This document shows, piece by piece, positions 38,220-50,200 of a DNA stretch of 64,000 nucleotides; within the stretch, counting starts at the first letter, position 1; each line of letters begins with the position of its first letter. Source of the DNA: the human T2T-CHM13v2.0 reference genome, Homo sapiens; the NCBI RefSeq assembly GCF_009914755.1, contig NC_060931.1; one strand, given 5' to 3'. The translations under genes and the position numbers were made by a program. The notes under the pieces were generated by a model. That model did not search any database. It was not told where the DNA came from and worked only from the letters and a program-made list of their open reading frames with translations.

Positions 38220-41200
38220 CAGAATCATTCTCAGAAAGTGCTTTGTGATGTGTGCGTTCAACTCACAGAGTTTAACCTTTCTTTTCATAGAGGAGCTTGG
38301 AAACACACTGTTTGTAAAGTCTGCAAGTGGATACATGGACCTGTTTGAGGCCTTCGTTGGAAACGGGATTTCTTCATTGAATGCTAGACGGAAGAATTCT
38401 CAGTAAATTCTTTGTGTTGTGTGCATTCAACTCACAGAGTGGAACGTCCCTTTAGACAGAGCAGATTTGAAACACTCTTTTTGCGGAATTTGCAAGTGGA
38501 GATTTCTAGCCATTTGATGCCAACAGTAGAAAGGGAAATATCTTCAAATAAAAACCAGACAGAATCATTCTCAGAAAATTCTTTGTGATGTGTGCGTTCA
38601 ACTCACATAGTTTAACCTTTCTTTTCATAGAGCAGTTTGGAAACACTCTGTTTGTAAAGTCTGCAAGTGGATATATGGACCGCATTGAGGCCTTCGTTGG
38701 AAACGGGATTTCTTCATTTCATGCTAGACAGAAGAATTCTCAGTAACTTCTTTGTGCTGTGTGTATTCAACTCACAGAGTGGAACGTCCCTTTGCACAGA
38801 GCAGATTTGAAACACTCTTTTTGTGGAGTTTGCAAGTGGAGATTTCAAGCGATTTGATGCCAACAGTAGAAAAGGAAATATCTTCAAATAAAAACTAGAC
38901 AGAATCATTCTCAGAAACTACTTTGTGATGTGTGCCTTCAACTCACAGAGTTTAACCTTTCTTTTCTTAGAGCAGTTTAGAAACACTCTGCTTGTTATGT
39001 CTGCAAGTGGATATTTGGACCTCTTTGAGGCCTTCGTTGCAAACGGGGTTTCTTCCTTTATTGCTAGACTAAGAAGAGTTCTCAGTAACTTTTTTGTGTT
39101 GTGTGTATTCAACTCACAGAGTTGAACCTTGCTTTAGAGAGAGCAGATTTGAAACACTCTTGCTGTGGCATTTTCAGGTGGAGATTTCAAGCGATTTGAG
39201 GACAATTGCAGAAAAGGAAATATCTTCGTATAATAACCAGACAGAATCATTCTCAGAAAGTGCTTTGTGATGTGTGCGTTCAACTCACAGAGTTTAACCT
39301 TTCTTTTCATAGAGGAGTTTGGAAACACACTGTTTGTAAAGTCTGCAATTGGATATATGGACCTGTTTGAGGCCTTCGTTGGAAACGGGATTTCTTCATT
39401 GAATGCTAGACGGAAGAATTCTCAGTAAATTCTTTGTGTTGTGTGCATTCAACTCACAGAGTGGAACGTCCCTTTAGACAGAGCAGATTTGAAACACTCT
39501 TTTTGCGGAATTTGCAAGTGGAGATTTCTAGCCATTTGATGCCAACAGTAGAAAGGGAAATATCTTCAAATAAAAACCAGACAGAATCATTCTCAGAAAA
39601 TTCTTTGTGATGTGTGCGTTCAACTCACATAGTTTAACCTTTCTTTTCATAGAGCAGTTTGGAAACACTCTGTTTGTAAAGTCTGCAAGTGGATATATGG
39701 ACCGCATTGAGGCCTTCGTTGGAAACGGGATTTCTTCATTTCATGCTAGACAGAAGAATTCTCAGTAACTTCTTTGTGCTGTGTGTATTCAACTCACAGA
39801 GTGGAACGTCCCTTTGCACAGAGCAGATTTGAAACACTCTTTTTGTGGAGTTTGCAAGTGGAGATTTCAAGCGATTTGATGCCAACAGTAGAAAAGGAAA
39901 TATCTTCAAATAAAAACTAGACAGAATCATTCTCAGAAACTACTTTGTGATGTGTGCCTTCAACTCACAGAGTTTAACCTTTCTTTTCTTAGAGCAGTTT
40001 AGAAACACTCTGCTTGTTATGTCTGCAAGTGGATATTTGGACCTCTTTGAGGCCTTCGTTGCAAACGGGGTTTCTTCCTTTAATGCTAGACTAAGAAGAG
40101 TTCTCAGTAACTTTTTTGTGTTGTGTGTATTCAACTCACAGAGTTGAACCTTGCTTTAGAGAGAGCAGATTTGAAACACTCTTGCTGTGGCATTTTCAGG
40201 TGGAGATTTCAAGCGATTTGAGGACAATTGCAGAAAAGGAAATATCTTCGTATAATAACCAGACAGAATCATTCTCAGAAAGTGCTTTGTGATGTGTGCG
40301 TTCAACTCACAGAGTTTAACCTTTCTTTTCATAGAGGAGTTTGGAAACACACTGTTTGTAAAGTCTGCAATTGGATATATGGACCTGTTTGAGGCCTTCG
40401 TTGGAAACGGGATTTCTTCATTGAATGCTAGACGGAAGAATTCTCAGTAAATTCTTTGTGTTGTGTGCATTCAACTCACAGAGTGGAACGTCCCTTTAGA
40501 CAGAGCAGATTTGAAACACTCTTTTTGTGGAATTTGCAAGTGGAGATTTCTAGCCATTTGATGCCAACAGTAGAAAGGGAAATATCTTCAAATAAAAACC
40601 AGACAGAATCATTCTCAGAAAATTCTTTGTGATGTGTGCGTTCAACTCACATAGTTTAACCTTTCTTTTCATAGAGCAGTTTGGAAACACTCTGTTTGTA
40701 AAGTCTGCAAGTGGATATATGGACCGCATTGAGGCCTTCGTTGGAAACGGGATTTCTTCATTTCATGCTAGACAGAAGAATTCTCAGTAACTTCTTTGTG
40801 CTGTGTGTATTCAACTCACAGAGTGGAACGTCCCTTTGCACAGAGCAGATTTGAAACACTCTTTTTGTGGAGTTTGCAAGTGGAGATTTCAAGCGATTTG
40901 ATGCCAACAGTAGAAAAGGAAATATCTTCAAATAAAAACTAGACAGAATCATTCTCAGAAACTACTTTGTGATGTGTGCCTTCAACTCACAGAGTTTAAC
41001 CTTTCTTTTCTTAGAGCAGTTTAGAAACACTCTGCTTGTTATGTCTGCAAGTGGATATTTGGACCTCTTTGAGGCCTTCGTTGCAAACGGGGTTTCTTCC
41101 TTTAATGCTAGACTAAGAAGAGTTCTCAGTAACTTTTTTGTGTTGTGTGTATTCAACTCACAGAGTTGAACCTTGCTTTAGAGAGAGCAGATTTGAAACA

Positions 41201-44200
41201 CTCTCGCTGTGGAATTTTCAGGTGGAGATTTCAAACGATTTGAGGACAATTGCAGAAAAGGAAATATCTTCGTATAATAACCAGACAGAATCATTCTCAG
41301 AAAGTGCTTTGTGATGTGTGCGTTCAACTCACAGAGTTTAACCATTCTTTTCATAGAGGAGCTTGGAAACACACTGTTTGTAAAGTCTGCAATTGGATAT
41401 ATGGACCTGTTTGAGGCCTCCGTTGGAAACGGGATTTCTTCATTGAATGCTAGACGGAAGAATTCTCAGTAAATTCTTTGTGTTGTGTGCATTGAACACA
41501 GAGAGTGGAACGTCCCTTTAGACAGAGCAGATTTGAAACACTCTTTTTGCGGAATTTGCAAGTGGAGATTTCTAGCCATTTGATGTCAACAGTAGAAAGG
41601 GAAATATCTTCAAATAAAAACCAGACAGAATCATTCTCAGAAAATTCTTTGTGATGTGTGCGTTCAACTCACATAGTTTAACCTTTCTTTTCATAGAGCA
41701 GTTTGGAAACACTCTGTTTGTAAAGTCTGCAAGTGGATATATGGACCGCATTGAGGCCTTCGTTGGAAACGGGATTTCTTCATTTCATGCTAGACAGAAG
41801 AATTCTCAGTAACTTCTTTGTGCTGTGTGTATTCAACTCACAGAGTGGAACGTCCCTTTACACAGAGCAGATTTGAAACACTCTTTTTGTGGAGTTTGCA
41901 AGTGGAGATTTCAAGCGATTTGATGCCAACAGTAGAAAAGGAAATATCTTCAAATAAAAACTAGACAGAATCATTCTCAGAAACTACTTTGTGATGTGTG
42001 CCTTTAACTCACAGAGTTTAACCTTTCTTTTCTTAGAGCAGTTTAGAAACACTCTGCTTGTTATGTCTGCAAGTGGATATTTGGACCTCTTTGAGGCCTT
42101 CGTTGCAAACGGGGTTTCTTCCTTTCATGCTAGACTAAGAAGAGTTCTCAGTAACTTTTTTGTGTTGTGTGTATTCAACTCACAGAGTTGAACCTTGCTT
42201 TAGAGAGAGCAGATTTGAAACACTCTTGCTGTGGCATTTTCAGGTGGAGATTTCAAGCGATTTGAGGACAATTGCAGAAAAGGAAATATCTTCGTATAAT
42301 AACCAGACAGAATCATTCTCAGAAAGTGCTTTGTGATGTGTGCGTTCAACTCACAGAGTTTAACCTTTCTTTTCATAGAGGAGTTTGGAAACACACTGTT
42401 TGTAAAGTCTGCAATTGGATATATGGACCTGTTTGAGGCCTCCGTTGGAAACGGGATTTCTTCATTGAATGCTAGACGGAAGAATTCTCAGTAAATTCTT
42501 TGTGTTGTGTGCATTCAACTCAGAGAGTGGAACGTCCCTTTAGACAGAGCAGATTTGAAACACTCTTTTTGCGGAATTTGCAAGTGGAGATTTCTAGCCA
42601 TTTGATGCCAACAGTAGAAAGGGAAATATCTTCAAATAAAAACCAGACAGAATCATTCTCAGAAAATTCTTTGTGATGTGTGCGTTCAACTCACATAGTT
42701 TAACCTTTCTTTTCATAGAGCAGTTTGGAAACACTCTGTTTGTAAAGTCTGCAAGTGGATATATGGACCGCATTGAGGCCTTCGTTGGAAACGGGATTTC
42801 TTCATTTCATGCTAGACAGAAGAATTCTCAGTAACTTCTTTGTGCTGTGTGTATTCAACTCACAGAGTGGAACGTCCCTTTGCACAGAGCAGATTTGAAA
42901 CACTCTTTTTGTGGAGTTTGCAAGTGGAGATTTCAAGCGATTTGATGCCAACAGTAGAAAAGGAAATATCTTCAAATAAAAACTAGACAGAATCATTCTC
43001 AGGAACTACTTTGTGATGTGTGCCTTCAACTCACGGAGTTTAACCTTTCTTTTCTTAGAGCAGTTTAGAAACACTCTGCTTGTTATGTCTGCAAGTGGAT
43101 ATTTGGACCTCTTTGAGGCCTTCGTTGCAAACGGGGTTTCTTCCTTTAATGCTAGACTAAGAAGAGTTCTCAGTAACTTTTTTGTGTTGTGTGTATTCAA
43201 CTCACAGAGTTGAACCTTGCTTTAGAGAGAGCAGATTTGAAACACTCTTGCTGTGGAATTTTCAGGTGGAGATTTCAAGCGATTTGAGGACAATTGCAGA
43301 AAAGGAAATATCTTCGTATAATAACCAGACAGAATCATTCTCAGAAAGTGCTTTGTGATGTGTGCGTTCAACTCACAGAGTTTAACCTTTCGTTTCATAG
43401 AGGAGCTTGGAAACACACTGTTTGTAAAGTCTGCAATTGGATATATGGACCTGTTTGAGGCCTCCGTTGGAAACGGGATTTCTTCATTGAATGCTAGACG
43501 GAAGAATTCTCAGTAAATTCTTTGTGTTGTGTGCATTGAACTCACAGAGTGGAACGTCCCTTTAGACAGAGCAGATTTGAAACACTCTTTTTGCGGAATT
43601 TGCAAGTGGAGATTTCTAGCCATTTGATGCCAACAGTAGAAAGGGAAATATCTTCAAATAAAAACCAGACAGAATCATTCTCAGAAAATTCTTTGTGATG
43701 TGTGCGTTCAACTCACATAGTTTAACCTTTCTTTTCATAGAGCAGTTTGGAAACACTCTGTTTGTAAAGTCTGCAAGTGGATATATGGACCGCATTGAGG
43801 CCTTCGTTGGAAACGGGATTTCTTCATTTCATGCTAGACAGAAGAATTCTCAGTAACTTCTTTGTGCTGTGTGTATTCAACTCACAGAGTGGAACGTCCC
43901 TTTGCACAGAGCAGATTTGAAACACTCTTTTTGTGGAGTTTGCAAGTGGAGATTTCAAGCGATTTGATGCCAACAGTAGAAAAGGAAATATCTTCAAATA
44001 AAAACTAGACAGAATCATTCTCAGAAACTACTTTGTGATGTGTGCCTTCATCTCACAGAGTTTAACCTTTCTTTTCTTAGAGCAGTTTAGAAACACTCTG
44101 CTTGTTATGTCTGCAAGTGGATATTTGGACCTCTTTGAGGCCTTCGTTGCAAACGGGGTTTCTTCCTTTAATGCTAGACTAAGAAGAGTTCTCAGTAACT

Positions 44201-47200
44201 TTTTTGTGTTGTGTGTATTCAACTCACAGAGTTGAACCTTGCTTTAGAGAGAGCAGATTTGAAACACTCTTGCTGTGGCATTTTCAGGTGGAGATTTCAA
44301 GCGATTTGAGGACAATTGCAGAAAAGGAAATATCTTCGTATAATAACCAGACAGAATCATTCTCAGAAAGTGCTTTGTGATGTGTGCGTTCAACTCACAG
44401 AGTTTAACCTTTCTTTTCATAGAGGAGTTTGGAAACACACTGTTTGTAAAGTCTGCAATTGGATATATGGACCTGTTTGAGGCCTTCGTTGGAAACGGGA
44501 TTTCTTCATTGAATGCTAGACGGAAGAATTCTCAGTAAATTCTTTGTGTTGTGTGCATTCAACTCACAGAGTGGAACGTCCCTTTAGACAGAGCAGATTT
44601 GAAACACTCTTTTTGCGGAATTTGCAAGTGGAGATTTCTAGCCATTTGATGCCAACAGTAGAAAGGGAAATATCTTCAAATAAAAACCAGACAGAATCAT
44701 TCTCAGAAAATTCTTTGTGATGTGTGCGTTCAACTCACATAGTTTAACCTTTCTTTTCATAGAGCAGTTTGGAAACACTCTGTTTGTAAAGTCTGCAAGT
44801 GGATATATGGACCGCATTGAGGCCTTCGTTGGAAACGGGATTTCTTCATTTCATGCTAGACAGAAGAATTCTCAGTAACTTCTTTGTGCTGTGTGTATTC
44901 AACTCACAGAGTGGAACGTCCCTTTGCACAGAGCAGATTTGAAACACTCTTTTTGTGGAGTTTGCAAGTGGAGATTTCAAGCGATTTGATGCCAACAGTA
45001 GAAAAGGAAATATCTTCAAATAAAAACTAGACAGAATCATTCTCAGAAACTACTTTGTGATGTGTGCCTTCAACTCACAGAGTTTAACCTTTCTTTTCTT
45101 AGAGCAGTTTAGAAACACTCTGCTTGTTATGTCTGCAAGTGGATATTTGGACTTCTTTGAGGCCTTCGTTGCAAACGGGGTTTCTTCCTTTCATGCTAGA
45201 CTAAGAAGAGTTCTCAGTAACTTTTTTGTGTTGTGTGTATTCAACTCAAAGAGTTGAACCTTGCTTTAGAGAGAGCAGATTTGAAACACTCTTGCTGTGG
45301 CATTTTCAGGTGGAGATTTCAAGCGATTTGAGGACAATTGCAGAAAAGGAAATATCTTCGTATAATAACCAGACAGAATCATTCTCAGAAAGTGCTTTGT
45401 GATGTGTGCGTTCAACTCACAGAGTTTAACCTTTCTTTTCATAGAGGAGTTTGGAAACACACTGTTTGTAAAGTCTGCAATTGGATATATGGACCTGTTT
45501 GAGGCCTTCGTTGGAAACGGGATTTCTTCATTGAATGCTAGACGGAAGAATTCTCAGTAAATTCTTTGTGTTGTGTGCATTCAACTCACAGAGTGGAACG
45601 TCCCTTTAGACAGAGCAGATTTGAAACACTCTTTTTGCGGAATTTGCAAGTGGAGATTTCTAGCCATTTGATGCCAACAGTAGAAAGGGAAATATCTTCA
45701 AATAAAAACCAGACAGAATCATTCTCAGAAAATTCTTTGTGATGTGTGCGTTCAACTCACATAGTTTAACCTTTCTTTTCATAGAGCAGTTTGGAAACAC
45801 TCTGTTTGTAAAGTCTGCAAGTGGATATATGGACCGCATTGAGGCCTTCGTTGGAAACGGGATTTCTTCATTTCATGCTAGACAGAAGAATTCTCAGTAA
45901 CTTCTTTGTGCTGTGTGTATTCAACTCACAGAGTGGAACGTCCCTTTACACAGAGCAGATTTGAAACACTCTTTTTGTGGAGTTTGCAAGTGGAGATTTC
46001 AAGCGATTTGATGCCAACAGTAGAAAAGGAAATATCTTCAAATAAAAACTAGACAGAATCATTCTCAGAAACTACTTTGTGATGTGTGCCTTCAACTCAC
46101 AGAGTTTAACCTTTCTTTTCTTAGAGCAGTTTAGAAACACTCTGCTTGTTATGTCTGCAAGTGGATATTTGGACCTCTTTGAGGCCTTCGTTGCAAACGG
46201 GGTTTCTTCCTTTAATGCTAGACTAAGAAGAGTTCTCAGTAATTTTTTGGGTTGTGTGTATTCAACTCACAGAGTTGAACCTTGCTTTAGAGAGAGCAGA
46301 TTTGAAACACTCTCGCTGTGGAATTTTCAGGTGGAGATTTCAAGCGATTTGAGGACAATTGCAGAAAAGGAAATATCTTCGTATAATAACCAGACAGAAT
46401 CATTCTCAGAAAGTGCTTTGTGATGTGTGCGTTCAACTCACAGAGTTTAACCATTCTTTTCATAGAGGAGCTTGGAAACACAATGTTTGTAAAGTCTGCA
46501 ATTGGATATATGGACCTGTTTGAGGCCTCCGTTGGAAACGGGATTTCTTCATTGAATGCTAGACGGAAGAATTCTCAGTAAATTCTTTGTGTTGTGTGCA
46601 TTGAACTCACAGAGTGGAACGTCCCTTTAGACAGAGCAGATTTGAAACACTCTTTTTGCGGAATTTGCATGTGGAGATTTCTAGCCATTTGATGTCAACA
46701 GTAGAAAGGGAAATATCTTCAAATAAAAACCAGACAGAATCATTCTCAGAAAATTCTTTGTGATGTGTGCGTTCAACTCACATAGTTTAACCTTTCTTTT
46801 CATAGAGCAGTTGGAAACACTCTGTTTGTAAAGTCTGCAAGTGGATATATGGACCGCATTGAGGCCTTCGTTGGAAACGGGATTTCTTCATTTCATGCTA
46901 GACAGAAGAATTCTCAGTAACTTCTTTGTGCTGTGTGTATTCAACTCACAGAGTGGAACGTCCCTTTGCACAGAGCAGATTTGAAACACTCTTTTTGTGG
47001 AGTTTGCAAGTGGAGATTTCAAGCGATTTGATGCCAACAGTAGAAAAGGAAATATCTTCAAATAAAAACTAGACAGAATCATTCTCAGAAACTACTTTGT
47101 GATGTGTGCCTTCAACTCACAGAGTTTAACCTTTCTTTTCTTAGAGCAGTTTAGAAACACTCTGCTTGTTATGTCTGCAAGTGGATATTTGGACCTCTTT

Positions 47201-50200
47201 GAGGCCTTCGTTGCAAACGGGGTTTCTTCCTTTCATGCTAGACTAAGAAGAGTTCTCAGTAACTTTTTTGTGTTGTGTGTATTCAACTCACAGAGTTGAA
47301 CCTTGCTTTAGAGAGAGCAGATTTGAAACACTCTCGCTGTGGCATTTTCAGGTGGAGATTTCAAGCGATTTGAGGACAATTGCAGAAAAGGAAATATCTT
47401 CGTATAATAACCAGACAGAATCATTCTCAGAAAGTGCTTTGTGATGTGTGCGTTCAACTCACAGAGTTTAACCTTTCTTTTCATAGAGGAGTTTGGAAAC
47501 ACACTGTTTGTAAAGACTGCAAGTGGATATATGGACCTGTTTGAGGCCTTCGTTGGAAACGGGATTTCTTCATTGAATGCTAGACGGAAGAATTCTCAGT
47601 AAATTCTTTGTGTTGTGTGCATTCAACTCACAGAGTGGAACGTCCCTTTAGACAGAGCAGATTTGAAACACTCTTTTTGCGGAATTTGCAAGTGGAGATT
47701 TCTAGCCATTTGATGCCAACAGTAGAAAGGGAAATATCTTCAAATAAAAACCAGACAGAATCATTCTCAGAAAATTCTTTGTGATGTGTGCGTTCAACTC
47801 ACATAGTTTAACCTTTCTTTTCATAGAGCAGTTTGGAAACACTCTGTTTGTAAAGTCTGCAAGTGGATATATGGACCGCATTGAGGCCTTCGTTGGAAAC
47901 GGGATTTCTTCATTTCATGCTAGACAGAAGAATTCTCAGTAACTTCTTTGTGCTGTGTGTATTCAACTCACAGAGTGCAACGTCCCTTTACACAGAGCAG
48001 ATTTGAAACACTCTTTTTGTGGAGTTTGCAAGTGGAGATTTCAAGCGATTTTATGCCAACAGTAGAAAAGGAAATATCTTCAAATAAAAACTAGACAGAA
48101 TCATTCTCAGAAACTACTTTGTGATGTGTGCCTTCAACTCACAAAGTTTAACCTTTCTTTTCTTAGAGCAGCTTAGAAACACTCTGCTTGTTATGTCTGC
48201 AAGTGGATATTTGGACCTCTTTGAGGCCTTCGTTGCAAACGGGGTTTCTTCCTTTAATGCTAGACTAAGAAGAGTTCTCAGTAACTTTTTTGTGTTGTGT
48301 GTATTCAACTCACAGAGTTGAACCTTGCTTTAGAGAGAGCAGATTTGAAACACTCTCGCTGTGGCATTTTCAGGTGGAGATTTCAAACGATTTGAGGACA
48401 ATTGCAGAAAAGGAAATATCTTCGTATAATAACCAGACAGAATCATTCTCAGAAAGTGCTTTGTGATGTGTGCGTTCAACTCACAGAGTTTAACCTTTCT
48501 TTTCATAGAGGAGTTTGGAAACACACTGTTTGTAAAGTCTGCAATTGGATATATGGACCTGTTTGAGGCCTTCGTTGGAAACGGGATTTTATCATATAAT
48601 GCTAGACGGAAGAATTCTCAGTAAATTCTTTGTGTTGTGTGCATTCAACTCACAGAGTGGAACGTCCCTTTAGACAGAGCAGATTTGAAACACTCTTTTT
48701 GCGGAATTTGCAAGTGGAGATTTCTAGCCATTTGATGCCAACAGTAGAAAGGGAAATATCTTCAAATAAAAACCAGACAGAATCATTCTCAGAAAATTCT
48801 TTGTGATGTGTGCGTTCAACTCACATAGTTTAACCTTTCTTTTCATAGAGCAGTTTGGAAACACTCTGTTTGTAAACTCTGCAAGTGGATATATGGACCG
48901 CATTGAGGCCTTCGTTGGAAACGGGATTTCTTCATTTCATGCTAGACAGAAGAATTCTCAGTAACTTCTTTGTGCTGTGTGTATTCAACTCACAGAGTGG
49001 AACGTCCCTTTGCACAGAGCAGATTTGAAACACTCTTTTTGTGGAGTTTGCAAGTGGAGATTTCAAGCGATTTGATGCCAACAGTAGAAAAGGAAGTATC
49101 TTCAAATAAAAACTAGACAGAATCATTCTCAGAAACTACTTTGTGATGTGTGCCTTCAACTCACAGAGTTTAACCTTTCTTTTCTTAGAGCAGTTTAGAA
49201 ACACTCTGCTTGTTATGTCTGCAAGTGGATATTTGGACCTCTTTGAGGCCTTCGTTGCAAACGGGGTTTCTTCCTTTAATGCTAGACTAAGAAGAGTTCT
49301 CAGTAACTTTTTTGTGTTGTGTGTATTCAACTCACAGAGTTGAACCTTGCTTTAGAGAGAGCAGATTTGAAACACTCTCGCTGTGGCATTTTCAGGTGGA
49401 GATTTCAAGCGATTTGAGGACAATTGCAGAAAAGGAAATATCTTCGTATAATAACCAGACAGAATCATTCTCAGAAAGTGCTTTGTGATGTGTGCGTTCA
49501 ACTCACAGAGTTTAACCATTCTTTTCATAGAGGAGCTTGGAAACACACTGTTTGTAAAGTCTGCAATTGGATATATGGACCTGTTTGAGGCCTCCGTTGG
49601 AAACGGGATTTCTTCATTGAATGCTAGACGGAAGAATTCTCAGTAAATTCTTTGTGTTGTGTGCATTGAACTCACAGAGTGGAACGTCCCTTTAGACAGA
49701 GCAGATTTGAAACACTCTTTTTGCGGAATTTGCAAGTGGAGATTTCTAGCCATTTGATGTCAACAGTAGAAAGGGAAATATCTTCAAATAAAAACCAGAC
49801 AGAATCATTCTCAGAAAATTCTTTGTGATGTGTGCGTTCAACTCACATAGTTTAACCTTTCTTTTCATAGAGCAGTTTGGAAACACTCTGTTTGTAAAGT
49901 CTGCAAGTGGATATATGGACCGCATTGAGGCCTTCGTTGGAAACGGGATTTCTTCATTTCATGCTAGACAGAAGAATTCTCAGTAACTTCTTTGTGCTGT
50001 GTGTATTCAACTCACAGAGTGGAACGTCCCTTTGCACAGAGCAGATTTGAAACACTCTTTTTGTGGAGTTTGCAAGTGGAGATTTCAAGCGATTTGATGC
50101 CAACAGTAGAAAAGGAAATATCTTCAAATAAAAACTAGACAGAATCATTCTCAGAAACTACTTTGTGATGTGTGCCTTCAACTCACAGAGTTTAACCTTT

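Larger units (their letters stand above)
30003..38870 (+). repeat. Near-tandem duplication containing the 4-mer variant (period 4770 bp = 4x1022 + 682)
   Basis: Shared variants at 4770-bp offsets: CACGG ~31451/36221, TTCGTTT ~31808/36578, CTTCATC ~32467/37237, the 4-mer junction, AACCGGG 32911/37681, GTCTTC ~33211/37981, GATACAT ~33564/38334. Confidence 0.9.

Noticed and set aside
46079-46423. Longest ORF (114 aa) and other extended ORFs (4046, 13244, 14264, 52918, 59022, 63109)
   Set aside because: Each is explained by a single frameshift or stop-loss variant in the repeat; there is no evidence of coding selection.
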